The position numbers and the translations under genes are program-made. Below are positions 41,183-59,404 of a stretch of DNA of 64,000 bases, in pieces. This DNA comes from the human T2T-CHM13v2.0 reference genome, Homo sapiens: the NCBI RefSeq assembly GCF_009914755.1, contig NC_060928.1; one strand, written 5' to 3'. Within the stretch, counting starts at the first letter, position 1. Each line of letters starts with the position of its first letter. Below the pieces are notes generated by a model. That model did not search any database, was not told the origin of the DNA, and saw only the letters and a list, made by a program, of their open reading frames with translations.

Positions 41183-41695
41183 TGTGATAATTAATTTTAT
41201 GTGACAACTTACTACACCATAGTGACAGGTGTTTAGTCAAACTTCATTTAGATTTTGTTATAAAAAGATGTGATTAACATTTACAATCAGTTGACTTTAA
41301 ATAAAGCAGATTATCCCTCATAATGTGCATAGGTCTCATCCGATAAATTGAAGTACTTAAGAGAAAAGACTGAGGTTTCCTGAAAAAGAATGGATCCTGC
41401 TTCTCTTCTGCAACATAGAAATTCTACTTGAGTTTCTGGCTTTCAGACACAAGACTACAATTTCAAGTTTTACCTGAATCTCCAGCCTGCCAGCTTGCCA
41501 TACAGGTTTTAGACTTTCCAGTTGCCAGAACTCACAAATTGCACAAGCCAATTCCTTAAAATAGATCTATCTATCTATCTACCTACCTATCATCTATGTA
41601 TCCATCTATCTATCCATCCATCCATCTATCCATATCTCTATCTATCCATTAATCCATCCTATTGGTTTTCTTTTTCTAGAGAACTTTGACTAACA
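41183..41695 (+). mobile_element. MLT2 (ERVL) solo LTR with internal (TCTA/TCCA)n
   Basis: 'tgtgataattaattttatgtgacaactt...aagcagattatccctcataatgtg...cctattgg...ctagagaactttgactaaca'. Confidence 0.85.
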
Positions 41696-43741
41696 TAATT
41701 GTAGTATAGAACTTTTCAAAATTTACCATAAAAAAAAACAGTAGTTAACCAGATCATAGTTAGTTATAATCAAGATACAAGAAGATGGCTTCTTTCCTTA
41801 CAAGGTGATCTCCCACTTGTGAAAAAATCATTTTCTGAAAGAAGGTCTTAATTAGAGCCATTATTAGCAAGGGCTCATTAACATGGATATTTTAAATTTC
41901 CCTCTGAAAAATTATGTTGTAGCAACAGAGGAGACATCTTGTGAGGTTCACTCAATCTATTATCTATTTTATTTTCCTGAAAATTTTTTTCCTATCCCAT
42001 ATGGTCAGACCACTTCTAATCATGTGTGCACTATGTAAAACTGACCTCTGGTCATTGTTTATTGGGCCAGAAATGGGCACTGGATTCAGGCAAGATTCAC
42101 CAGGTCTTCTCTCTTTAGATCTGCAGGTTGGTTCCAAAATCTAGTTTCCCTTGGTTACTCTTGTGAATAAAGAAAATGCTGATTTCAGAGTAAAAGGAGA
42201 CTTGAATCAAGGAACCAAACAAACATGTAATAAAAATCAAAGACAACAACTTCTCATGTCCCACAAAGACAGGGAGAAAGCAAGGTCCTAAAAATAAAAT
42301 TAATGATAATGAGGTTCAGTTCCTGAAGCAGTTTAAATATATGTCTTTCTTCAGATTCCATGAAATAGCCCAATAGCCTTACACTAAATTCCCATCTCAT
42401 TTTCACACATCTTCTACTTCTCTGTTTTTTTCTTCTTCAGGTTAATTTGAATGGCTTAATCACAAGAGCTATGATTAAGATAGACAACCCTTTTTCTTCT
42501 GATAAAATAAACTATGAGTTTTCTTTCATTTACTGCCTTATATTTGTATTCTTAAACACTCTAAAGAGATAAAGTAAATTAAATTTTTTAAAATTCACTA
42601 TTGCTTCACGAATCACAGCATCATTTTTCCTAACAGCACTGAATGTATTACCTAATTCACAACAACTCAAATGTAAATTTTGATTTTTATTCATTGTTTT
42701 AAGTAAGATGTTAAGAATAAAGGATCACAAATCAAATTGTTGAAATTACGGAATTTATTATATTGTAGAATAGCTGCAAATAACCCAAAACATACTAACT
42801 GGGAAAATGATTCAAAATAAATAGTATAGAAAATTAATTAAGGAAAGAAATATGGTAATAAGAAATTCATTTTGGAAGCATTTGAGGTAGGAGTAGGATG
42901 TGAGATATGTTGGTAAATATTTCTTATCCAGTCTTCTGGATCTTATCTAATCTGAGTCAATCTTGGGTGGGCTACAAAAGGACCTTTACTGTGGTCAATG
43001 AGAGGGCTCAGTAGGAACAGTTCAAGTAAGTACAAGTTTATGGCATATCAACTTTAGAGATCCATAGGTTTATGAGATATAAAGTCAATACACTGAGCAA
43101 TTACCCAGTTTATCTATTGCATCAGTTTATTCTTTGTATAGTCCACTGACCACTGACCTGAGCACCCACAATACAGAAATTTGGATCAGGAATAATCTTT
43201 TCTGTACCTAATACATATTTTTATTTTATGACAAAATTCAAAAAAACTTGACTCTTTCTCAGAAAATATGTCTCATCCAGGAAAAGCAATAACAAAGTGT
43301 TGGCAAAGCATGCTGTAGGAGAGACAATTCTTAGTAACAATAATAGAAAAAAAACTACCCATTTTACTATACCAGACAGGAGGTGATATAATGACATTAA
43401 TGCATGCAAAATTTAGGAATGAATAGCTTTAGGTAGTAAATTTGTTATTTCACATTTATGTGACAAAATTTTCAATGAGCCAGTCAGATCTGAATGCTTC
43501 TAAATAATAATTATCCGGATGTTGAATATATTTAGCTGATTAGTATATGAAAATCTCTTTAAACTATTTCACAAAGGCTTCATCATTTCCTAGGTCGAAT
43601 CTGCTAAGCAGAAATGCATTTACATTTACTAAAAAGGCATCTTCTAAATGTGTTTCTGAATGCATGGTCTTGGCGGCTTGCCTCTTTTACAAATCTTTGT
43701 ATTTATAGGGTGTCTATCATCTACATTTAAATAAAGATGAC

Positions 43742-44104
43742 TGTATTAGTCTGTTCTCATACTCTATAAAAAAATACCCAAGGCTTGGTAATTTATAAAG
43801 GAAAGAGTTTTAAATGACTCACAGATCTGCACAGTTGGGGAGGCCTCAGGAAACTTACAATCATGGAAGATGGCAAAGGGAAAGCAAGGACCTTCTTCAC
43901 AAGGCAGCAGGAGAGAGTGAGCAAGAGCAGGGAAAACTGCCTTATAAAACCGTCAGATCTCATGAGAACTCACAAGAACAACATGGGGGAAACCACCCCC
44001 ATGATCCAATCACCTCCTACCTGGTCTCTTCCTCGATACATGGGTATTATGAAGATTACATTTGAGATGACATTTGGTTGGGGACACAGAGCCAAACCAT
44101 ATTA
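43742..44104 (-). mobile_element. THE1D-like MaLR solo LTR
   Basis: 'tgtattagtctgttctca...ggggacacagagccaaaccatatta'; TSD ATGAC/ATGCC (1 mismatch). Confidence 0.9.
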
Positions 44105-44924
44105 ATGCCTATGTGGTACAATAGTAATGAATAATAACTTGTTCTTCATTAATATGGCTTTGGTAATTTGTTTCTCTGTAGTATGACAACTACAGTATCA
44201 AGCATTTCCAGTACAACTTTTGAAGATTAGAATTAGTTGAGTCCAATGTAAATATCCTTATAAATCCTAAGTGAAAGGAGGTGGCATCAAAAGCTTGGTC
44301 CAATTACAGTGTCTATGATTAAATGAAGAGCAATGTTGAGTACAACATGGCATCTGCTACACAGACATGTCTTATACACCTGCTGCCATCTCCATGGGCC
44401 CACAGCTTAGTCTTCCCGGGAAGATCTTCAATTACAAAACGAAAATAACTTAGAAAATAGTTCACATAATACTTTCTGCGGGATGCAAGGGCGATGAAAT
44501 AAATGGGCACAAGACATAGGATAAATGGGTTATTTTCAATGCAGTGGTACTGCATTGGTATGCTGTAAGTAAGCCTATACAATGGGTGGTGCTAGTGACT
44601 ACAGAACGGTGGTATTGGGATGTGATGAGATGGCTTCAGTGTGGATGGTAGCAGTTAGTTTTTCAGTGTCACCATTTTTGCCATAGCAATTTCCTTTCAT
44701 TGAGTTTTTTCGGAAGAAAAAACAGTTTTGGAGCTTTTAAGCTGCATCATTGCAGCAGCTCTCACAACTCTGGTAGCAATAAGAGCCATAATTCAGGTGA
44801 CTGTGACTACAGGACTAGCAAGAAAAAGCAGCAGCCCTACTGGCAGGAGGGAAGGTTCCTTCATGAGGCTTCAAGAAAGCAGGGCCTTCTAAAAGAACTT
44901 CAGTTTTTAACCAGTTCATTCATC

Positions 44925-45160
44925 TGCTACAGCTTCATATCATTTCCTTAGAAAAGCCTTTCCCAAATTCCGGGTGTGCATTTGTAGCACTCTGTTTTAC
45001 TCCTTCAATGAACACATCATACTTTCACTTGTTCATTGCTGCCTCTCCTCCTAGTTTATAATTGGTAGGAGAACAGTTACCTGGCTTATGGTTTTTACTG
45101 TTGTATCCCCAAAGCCTGGCATATAACAGAAGCTCAAAATTTGTTTTTTTGAATAAATAA
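44925..45160 (+). mobile_element. L2 3' end
   Basis: 'actgttgtatccccaaagcctggcatataacagaagctcaaaatttgttttttgaataaataaa'. Confidence 0.7.
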
Positions 45161-45719
45161 AAAGATATCCTGGCTGACCAATTGTGATGTCCCTAGAAGT
45201 CTTCTATATGCAATTAAGAAATAATGCCACCTTGAATATAATAGAATGCTATAGCTCTACTTCTTAATTAGATAGAGGTGGACGAAGCCCTGGGAAAGAA
45301 AGACATAAAGCTATGTCCTCAATCAGGGTTCATGTATGCATACATTTTTTAATGATCTAATATATAGATGTCAACAAAGGCATTGAGAGAGAACAATCGT
45401 CAAACTGGAGCAAAAGTTGGATGGCTAAAAGACCTAACTTGTCCACTGCGTAAAATTGCCTTTACCCAAATGTTCCCTGGGCTCTAATTTAAGAGGGTCT
45501 TACATGGTATTGGATATACAAATTGTTCCTAAATCTGTTGAAAAGAACTTTTATTCATGCCAAGAGAAAGGACTACATCTTTTCTTATCTGTAAATCTCT
45601 AGAAATGTCTATGTGGGTGGGTAGGCAGAGGACATTCTCATACATAATCAGAGCTGCTCTTTATTTTCATTGGTTAAAGTTCTTTCCCTTTACTGGTGCT
45701 GTTTATCCCTGACTTTGTA

Positions 45720-46470
45720 ATGCATGCCTCATACTATACTAGTCCCTCAGATACTAACAATGAGGGAAACTAAACATAATTTTTGCCAAAGAACTTGTTT
45801 TAGTAGACAAGACAGATATAAAAACAGACCATTTCAAGTCTAACTGTTAAGTGCTGTGAGCAGAATAAGAATAGAGGACTCTGGAAATAGAAAAAGTCAT
45901 CCATTGTGTTATCGTGGAGGGCTTCTCAGAGGAAGTTGAATCTGAGTCGAGACCCAAGAATGAGTAGTAGGAGGTTACTAGGTCCAAGCAGAGGGCAAAT
46001 CATGTGCAACGGTGTACACAGCATGGTGTACTGAAGAAATTCCAGTTGTCCAGTATAGCTAATTGAGAGTACAAGGTCGAAAGTAGCAAAGGTAGTAGTG
46101 AGGATTGATAATAAGCAAGCCAGATCACGAGGGTATTGGAAGTTGTGGCAAAAGGCTGAACTTTATCTTGGAAGCATGAGAGAGCTATTAAGCATTTTTA
46201 ATTTGGAAATGATAGCATCAGTTTCACACCTTAGTGTAAAAGGATTAGAGGCTTGAAGACTGAAGGTAGGGAGACAAGCTTGGATGCTGCAGGAAAGTTG
46301 TAATAATACCAAAGACAAATGAGAGTGGTCTGAATGCCAAGACAGAGGAAATGGCAAACTCAAAAAAGAAATAACAGTCTTAGAGACTGTTAAGGACTTG
46401 GTGATTGATTTGAGAGAGGGGATAAGGCAGAGGGAAGACTCTTCTTTAGGTACTTGGGTAAATAAAAGAG
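45720..46470 (-). mobile_element. L2 fragment
   Basis: 'ggagggcttctcagaggaagt...gaactttatcttggaagcatgagagagctattaagcatttttaa'. Confidence 0.65.
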
Positions 46471-46939
46471 GTAAATAAAAGCATTCTTGCTCCACAGAAG
46501 GAGAATCCACATGGCTGTTAACAAGGTTAACCCATCACTAGATATGTGTGTGTTGCAAACCTGCTGCATTATATGGGCACAAAGAAGATGCTAACAGGAA
46601 ACTTTCATGGTGCTGAGTGGGAAGCCTTCTGTTTTTCACACAGTTTTTCCAAGGACAACCACAGCCATAATACTGTCCACTTCAAGATTGAAGGGGGACA
46701 GATTACCATGAGCACTTTGTAGGACCACCCTAGCCTATGTGTGTAGCATCAGTTTTGTTTCCAAGAAACAAGCTGCTCAAGAAACCAAGCCCCCTTAACT
46801 GAGCACACTGCTTTCTGGTGTTATTTTCTTTCCTTTCTACATCATAGGTACTACTGTGACTAGAGGTAGGGTTGATGACCTCTTTGCTTCTCATTATCAA
46901 TCTGATATCATTGTCTCTTCATCTTCATTAAAATGCTAC

Positions 46940-47290
46940 TTCATATAGTCCAAATGTTTGTGTTCCCCCCAAATTCATAGGTTGAAATCCTAACTCCGAA
47001 GGTGATGATATTAAAAGGCAAGGTCTTTGGAGAGTGGTTAGAACATAAGGGTAGAGCCTTAATGACTGGGATAGTGCTATTACAAGGAAAGGTCTTAGGG
47101 AGCTTATTTGCCTTTTCCATCATATGTGAATTGTGAAAACACAGCATGAAGGGGCAATTCTATGAACAGGATGTGGGCCCTCACCAGACAGACACTGAAT
47201 CTCAAGGCATCTTGATCTTGGACTTCTCAGCTATAAAACTGTGAAAAACAAAATTCTGTGATCATAAGCTACACAGTCTATGGTATCATT
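46940..47290 (+). mobile_element. MLT1A-like MaLR solo LTR
   Basis: 'aatgtttgtgttccccccaaattcata...gggccctcaccagac...tcttgatcttggacttctcagc...taagctacacagtctatggtat'. Confidence 0.85.
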
Positions 47291-48707
47291 ATTAATTACC
47301 CACTCTGGGTAAATCATATAAATTACCCACTCTGGATATCCTGGGCAATATGGCCGAATAGGAACAGCTCCAGTCTACAGCTCCGGTCTACAGCTCCCAG
47401 CAAGACCAATGCAGAAGGTGGGTGATTTCTGCATTTTCAACTGAGGTACTTGGCTCATCTCACTGGAGCTGGTTAGACAGTGGGTGCAGCCCACAAAAGG
47501 TGAGCAGAAGCAGGGTGGGGCATTGCCTTACCTGGGAAGCACAAGGGTGGGGAAACTCCCTCTTCTAGCCAAGGGAAGCTGTAACGGACTGTGCTGTGAA
47601 AAACAGAGCTATCCTGCCCAGATACTACACTTTTCCCACTGTCTTCACAACCCACAGACCAGGAGATTCCCTCAGGTGACTACACCACCAGGGCCTGGGG
47701 TTTCAAGCACAAAGCTGGGTGGGCATTTGGGCAGACACTGAGCTAGCTGCAGGACTCGGTTGTTTTTTGTTTTTGTTTTTGTTTTTTTTCATACCACAGT
47801 GGCACCTGAAACGCCAGCGAGACAGAGCCCTTCACTCCCCTGGAAAGGGGGCTGAAGCCAGGGAGCCAAGTGGTCTAGCTCAGTGGATCCCACCCCCACA
47901 GAGCCGAGCAAGCTAAGATCCACTGACTTGAAATTCTCGCTGCCAGCACAGCAGTCTGAAGTCCACCTGGGGCACTCAAGCTTGGTAGAGGGAGGGTCAC
48001 CCACCATTACTGAGGCTTGAGTAGGTGGTTTTCAACCTAAACAAAGCCACCAGGAAGTTTGGACTTGGTGGAGCCCACTGCAGTGACACAAAGCCCCTAT
48101 AGCCAGACTGCCACTCTAGACTCCTCCTCTCTTAACAGGGCATCTCTGAAAGAAAGGCAGTAGCCCCAATCAGGGGCTTATAGATAAAACTCCCATATCC
48201 CTGGGACAGAGCACCTGGGGCAAGGGGCTGCTGTGGGTACAGCTTCAGCAGACTTAAATGTTCCTGCCTGCTAGCTCTGAAGAGAGCAGCAGGCCTCCCA
48301 GCACAGTGCTCGAGCTCTGCTAAGGGACAGACTGCCTCCTCAAGTGGGCCCCTGACCCCCATGCTTCTTGACTAGGAGACACCTCCCAGGAGGGGCCAAT
48401 AGATACCTAATATAGGATATCTTCGGCTGGCATCTGGCAGATGCCCCTCTGTGATGAAGCTTCCAGAGGAAGGAGCAGGCAGCAATCTTTTCTGTTCTGC
48501 AGCCTCCACTGGTGATACCCAGGAAAACAGGGTCTGGAGTGGACCTCCAGCAAACTCCAGCAGACCTACAGAAGAGAGGCCTGGCTGTTAGAGGGAAAAC
48601 TAACAAACAGGAAGCAATAGAATCAAAATCCACAAAAGGACAACCACTCAAAAACCCCATCCAAAGATCATTAACATCAAAGACCAAAGGTAGGTAATTC
48701 CACAAAG

Positions 48708-49733
48708 GTAAGGAAAAAACAGTGCCAAAAGGCCAAAAATTCCAAAAACCAGAATGCCTTCTCTCCTCCAAAGGATCATAACTCCTTGCCAGCAAGGGAA
48801 CAAAACTGGATGGAGAATGATTTTGATGAATTCACAGAAGTAGGCTTCAGAAGGTGGTTAATAACAAACTCCTCTGAGCTAAATGATCATGTTCTAACCC
48901 AATGCAAGGAAGCTAAGAACCTTGATAAAAAGTTACAGGAAATTCCAACTAGAATAACCAGTTTAGAGAAGAACATGAATGACCTGATGGAGCTGAAAAA
49001 CACAGCATGAGAACTTTGTGAAGCATACACAAGTATCAATAGCTGAGTCAATCAAGTAGAAGAAAGGATATCAGAGATTGAAGATCAACTTAATGAAATA
49101 AAGTGTGAAGACAAGAGTAGAGAAAAAATAATGCAAAGGAACAAACAAACCCTCCAAGAAATATGGGACCATGTGAAAAGACCAAACCCACATTTGATTG
49201 GTGTACCTGAAAGTGACCGGGATAATGGAACCAAGTTGGAAAACACTCTGCAGGATATTATCCAGGAGAACTTCCCCAACTTAGCAAGACAGACCAACAT
49301 TCAAATTCATGAAATACAGAGAACATCACAAAGATACTCCTCGAGAAGAGCAACCCTAAGACACATAATTGTCAGATTCACCAAGGTAGAAATGAAGGAA
49401 AAAATGTTAAGGGCAGCCAGAGAGAAAGGTCGAGTTACCCACAAAGGGAAGCCCATCAGGCTAATAGTGGATCTGTCTGCAGAAACCCTACAAGCCAGAA
49501 GAGAGTGAGGACCAATATTCAACATTCCTTAAGAAAAGAATTTTCTACCCAGAATTTCATATCCAGCCAAACTAAGCTTCATAAGTGAAGGAGAAATAAA
49601 GTCCTTTACAGACAAACAAGTGTTGAGGTATTTTGTCACCACCAGGCCTGCATTACAAGAGCTCTTAAAGAAAGCACTACATATGGAAAGGAAAAACCAG
49701 TAACAGCCACTGCAAAAACATACCAAAATGTAA
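48708..49733 (+). pseudogene. Disabled L1 ORF1 (RNA-binding chaperone)
   Basis: Fragments 'EQNWMENDFDE' and 'QEIWDHVKRPN...IIQENFPNLARQ'; ATG mutated, internal stops. Confidence 0.9.
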
Positions 49734-49796
49734 AGACCATCGACACTATGAAGAAACGGCATCAACTAATGGGCAAAATAACCAGCTAGCATCATA

Positions 49797-52700
49797 ATGA
49801 CAGGATGAAATTCACACATAACAAAATTAACCTTAAATGTAAATGGCTACATACCCCAATTAAAAGATACAGACTGGAAAATTGGATAAAGAGTAAAGAA
49901 CCATTGGGGTGCTGTATTCAGGAGACCCATCTCATATGCAAAGACACACATAGGCTCAAAATAAAGGGATGGAGGGAGATTTACCAAGCAAATGGAAAGA
50001 AAAAAAAAGCAGGGGTTACAATGCTAGTCTCTGATAAAACAGAATTTAAACCAACAAAGATTAAAAAAGATAAAGAAGGGCATTACATAATAGTGAAGGG
50101 ATCAATGCAACTATCCTCAATATATATGCACCCAATACAGGAGTACCCAGATTCATAAAGCAAGTTCTTAGAGACCTACAAAGAGACTTAGACTCCCACA
50201 CAATAATGGTGGGAGACTTTAACAGCCCCCTGTCAATATTAGACATATCAATGAGACAAAAAATTAACAAGGATATTCAGGACTTAAACTCAGCTCTGGA
50301 ACAAGCAGACCTAATTGACAACTACACAGCTCTCCACCCCAGGACTGCAGAATATACATTCTTCTCAGCAACACATTGCACTTATTCTAAAATTGACAAC
50401 ATAATTGGAAGTAAAACACTCCTCAGCAAATGCAAAAGAATGGAAATCATAATAAACATTCTCTCAGACCACAGTGAAATCAAATTAGAACCCAGTATTA
50501 AGAAACTTACTCAAAACTGCACAACTACATGGGAACTGAACAACCTGCTCCTGAATGACTACTGGATAAATAATAAAATTAAGCCAGAAATAAAAAAGTT
50601 CTTTGAAACCAATGAGAACAAACACACAATGCACCAGAATCTGTGGGACACAGCTAAAGCAGTGTTTAGAGGGAAATTTATAGCACTAAATGCCCATAGG
50701 AGAAAGCAGGAAAGATCTAAAATTGACACCCTAACAGTACAATGAAAAGAACTAGAGAACTAAGAGTAAACAAATTCAAAAGCGAGCAGAAGACAAGAAA
50801 TAACTAAGATCAGAGCAGAACTGAAGGAGATACAGACAAGAAAAACCCTTCAAAAAATCAATGAATCCAGGAGCTGGTCTTTTGAAAAGATTAACAAAAT
50901 AGATAGACTGCTAGCCAGACTAATAAAGAAGATAAGAGAGAAGAATCAAATAGACACAATAAAAAATGATAAAGGGGATATCACCACTGATCCCACAGAA
51001 ATACAAACTACCATCAGAGAAGACTATAAGCACCTCTACACAAATAAACTAGAAAATCTAGAAAAATTGGATAAATTCCTGGACACATACACCCTCCCAA
51101 GACTAAACGAGGAAGAAGTCGAATCCCTGAATAGATGAATAACAAGTTCTGAAATTGAGGCAGTAATTAACAGCTTACCAAACAAAAAAAAAGACCAGGA
51201 CCAGATGGATTCACAGCCAAATTCTACCAGAGGTACAAAGAGGAGTTGGTAAGATTCCTTCTAAAACTATTCCAAGCAGTAGAAAAAGAGGGAGTCCTCC
51301 TTAACTCTTTTTGTGAGGCCAGCATCAAATTGATACCAAAACCTTGGAGAGACACAACAAAAGCAGAAAATTTCAGGCCAATATCCCTGATGAACATCAA
51401 TGCGAAAATCCTTGATAAAATATTGGCAAACCAGACCCAGCAGCACATTAAAATACTTCTCCACCACTATCAAGTCGGCTTCATCCCTGGAATGCAAGGC
51501 TGGTTCAACATATGCAAATCAATAAACATAATCCATCACATAAACAGAAACAAGGACAAAAACAATATGATTATCTCAATGTGCAGAAAAGGCCTTCAAT
51601 AAAATTCAACACCACTTCATGCTAAAAACACTCAATAAACTAGGTTTTGATGAAACGCATCTCAAAATAATAAGAGCTATTTATGACAAACCCACAGCCC
51701 ACATCATACTGAATGGGCAAAAGCTGGACACATTCATTCCCTCTGAAAACTGGCACAGGACAAAGATGCCCTCTCTCATCACTCCTGTTCAACACAGTGT
51801 TGGAAGCTCTGGCCAGGGCAATCAGGCAAGAGAAAGAAATAAAGTTTATTCAAATAGGAAGAGAGGATGTCAAATTATCTGTTTGCAGATGACATGATTG
51901 TATATTTAGAGAACCCCATCGTCTCAGGCCAAAATCTCCTTAAGCTGATAAGCAACTTCAGCAAAGTCTCAGAATACAAAATCAATGTGCAAAAATCTCA
52001 AGCATTCCTATACACCAATAATAGACAAACAGAGAGCCAAATCATGAGTGAACTCCCATTCACAATTGCTACAAAGAGAATAAAATACCTAGGAATACAA
52101 CTTATAAGGGATGTGAAGGACCTCTTCAAGGACAACTACAAACCACAGCTCAAGGAAATAAGAGAGGACACAAACAAATGGAAAAACATTCCATGCTCAT
52201 GGATAGGAAGAATCAGTATCATAAAAATGGCCATACTGCCCAAAGTAATTTATAGATTCAACGCTATTCCCATCAAGCTGCCATTGACTTTCTTCACAGA
52301 ATTACAAAAAACTACTTTAAATTACATACGTAACCAAAAAAGAGCCCATATTGCCAAGACAATAGTAAAGCAAAAAGAACAAAGCTGGAGGCATCTCACT
52401 ACTTGACTTCAAACTATACTACAAGGCTACAGTAACCAAAACAGCTTGGTACTTGTACCAAAACAGATATATAGACCAATGGAACAGAATAGATGCCTCA
52501 GAAATAACACCACACTTCTACAACCATCTGTTGTTTGACAAATCTGACAAAAACAAGCAAGGGGGAAATGATTCCCTATTGAATAAAAGGTGTTGGGAAA
52601 ACTGGCTAGCCATAGGCAGAAAACTGTAACTGGACCCCTTCCATAATCCTTATACAAAAATTAACTCAAGATGGGTTAAAGATTTAAATGTAAGACCTAA

Positions 52701-53608
52701 GGCCATAAAAGCCCTGGAAGAAAATCTAGGCAATATCATTCAGGACATAGGTATGGGCAAAGACTTCATGACTAAAACACCAAAAGCAATGGCAACAAAA
52801 GCCAAAATTGACAAATGAGATCTAATTAAACTAAAGAGCTTCTGCACAGCAAAAGAAACTACCATCAGAATGATCAGGCAACCTAGAGAATGGGAGAAAA
52901 TTTCTGCAATCTATCCATCTGACCACGGGCTAATATCCAGAATCTACAAGGAATTCAAATTTACAAGAAAAAAGCAAACAACCCCATCAAAAACTGTCCA
53001 AAGGATATGAAGAGACACTTTTCAAAAGAAGATGTTTATGCAGCCATCAAAGACATGAAAAAAAGCTCATCATCACTGGTCATTAGAAAAATGTCAATCA
53101 AAACCACAATGAGATACCATCTCACGCCAGTTAGAATGGCAGTCATTAAAAAGTCAGGAAACAACAGATGCTGGAGAGGATGTGGAGAAATAGGAACACT
53201 TTTACACTGTTGGTGGGAGTGTAAATTAGTTCAACCATTGCGGAAGACAGTGTGACAATTCCTTAGGCATCCAGAACGGGAATACCATTTGACCCACCAA
53301 TCCCATTACTTGGTATATACCCAAAGGATTATAAATCATTCTACTATAAAGACATATGCACAGATATGTTTATTGCAGCACTATTCACAATAAAAAAGAC
53401 TTGGAACTTACCCAAATGCCCATTAATGATAGACTGGATAAAGAAAATGTGGCACATATATACCATGGAATACTATGCAGCCATAAAAAAGAATGAGTTC
53501 TTGTCCTTCGCAGGGACACGGATGAAGCTGGAAACCATCATTCTCAGCAAACTAACACAGAAACAGAAAACCAATTGCCGCATGTTCTCACTCATAAGTG
53601 GGAGTTGA
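49797..53608 (+). pseudogene. Disabled L1 ORF2 (endonuclease/reverse transcriptase)
   Basis: Fragments 'CCIQETHL', 'VGDFNSPL', 'SDHSEIKL', 'LFADDMIVY'; many stops and frameshifts. Confidence 0.92.
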
Positions 53609-53967
53609 ACAATGAGAACATATGGGCACAGGGAGGGGAACATCACACACAAGGGCCTGTCAGGGGGTAGAGGGCAAGGGGAGGGATAGCATCAGGAGAA
53701 ATACCTAATGTGGTTGATGGGTTGATGGGTGCAGCAAACAACCATGGCACATGTATACCTGTGTAACAAACTTGCACGTTCTGCACATGTATCCCAGAAT
53801 TTAAGTATAATTAAAAAAAAAGGGAAAAAGAGTACCCATTCTGGTACCCTGTCCAGAAAAATCTAAGGCAGCATGCAACACTTCTTGCCGCAGTCATATG
53901 CAAACCTTATAGCACTCTTTGAGGATTTGACCTCAGACTCCTCCCCAGATGAATTCTGTCATCAGTC

Positions 53968-57965
<3,998 letters not shown>

Positions 57966-59404
57966 GTTAAAGTGAATTTCAATTTCAATTTTTTTGTTTG
58001 TTTTTTCACTTTAGTTTCGATGAGAAGAATATAGTAAAGGAAACTGATATTTGTAATAATTGTGTTTTTATTTCATACAGGTGTTTTAAAAAAAAATAAC
58101 CCTGTTGTCAATACATTTTGCTAAATTCAGTTACCAGTGAAAGAAAATGGCCCATATGATTTGAAAAGGGAGAATTAATGGCCAGCCACATTGCTCAAGT
58201 CAACTGTTTTGTAGCATATACTCATATTCTATTAAGTAACAAACACTAAGTAGGTGATGTGAGGAATACAAAAATATGACCCCTGTTGTTCCGTATCTCA
58301 TATATTACATGTGTAAACCTTCCCCTCATTTTTCTCTGAATAGTTTGTTTTGCAATTAATTTCAACTAAACAAATGAATAAGACCACAGCCCTATTTAAA
58401 GCATTTACCTTTGCACAGGGGTTCTAACAAACTTTGCTGATATATGATTAGGGAGTATAAAAATCAAAACCCAAAGCAAAACAAAAAAACAAACAAACCA
58501 ACACTCACACAAATTCTCAGTCCCTGGGAGAATGAAAAGCTGAGGGTATGCTAAAAATAAATACTGCACAAACCAATTCTCTGGTTGGATAATAGAGTAT
58601 TACTCCCAGTGAGCAGCAAGTTGGGCCTTTTAAAAGACAGTCTCTTGCTCAGGGCACTCAGGGAACTCAAAGACCTTTTAGAAAACGAAGCTATGGTATA
58701 TAATCTACGCCACGCAGCCTAGAAATCAATATGCTTCTCTATCTCACTCACCAGGAGGATCTGGCAGATTGAGAATTGTTCCAGAAGAAAGCATATTAGG
58801 CAACAAATGGCTCCCCTTAATTATACCCAGTGTGGGGACTGGAGGATGATATGAAAAACTAATTTGAGACCATCAGTATACAAAGATCCTTAGCAGAGCA
58901 AAACTTAGGGTTCCAAAGAAATGACTCTACAGGCCCAGCACCTTACATTAAATTCCTATTAACAGTGAATTTCAAAGCTTGCATGAGTGACTGCATAAAA
59001 CATCCTAATTGTTAGTTTCTGAATGGGTGGTTTTTGCAGTTTTTCCTTTGTTTGTTGCACACATTCAAGTAAACACGTTTTCCTCTTAAGGCAAGTTTTT
59101 GTAATGCAAATTTGATATGACTTGATCATTTAATTTTTGGAGAACAATTATTAATTTATGTTATATAGAATGAAATCAAAACACTTATTCTCTGCTGGTG
59201 TTTATAAGAAAAGACTCTTATGCCAAAAAACAAAGGTATTCAGACATTGGGTTTTTTGGAGTGATTTATATTAACTTGTAATAATTAGAAATAAAATTGT
59301 CATTGAAACTTCCTGTGAATCCTTGGCTAGCCCATGTATGAAAAGTGACATTTTTGTATCATTAAGAAAGTATCACTAAAAATTTTAACCCCTTTTTTAT
59401 TTTA

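Larger units (their letters stand above)
47336..53829 (+). mobile_element. Full-length decayed LINE-1 (L1PA7/PA8-like, ~6.5 kb)
   Basis: 5' UTR 'atggccgaataggaacagctcc', ORF1 and ORF2 remnants in the ORF track, L1PA7-type 3' UTR, A tail, degenerate TSD (ATTACCCACTCTGG / AGTACCCATTCTGG). Confidence 0.95.

Noticed and set aside
41918-42480. Possible ancient ERVL LTR (similar hints at 12570-13020, 38340-38700 and 44350-44880)
   Set aside because: Too degenerate to assign a family or boundaries by eye.
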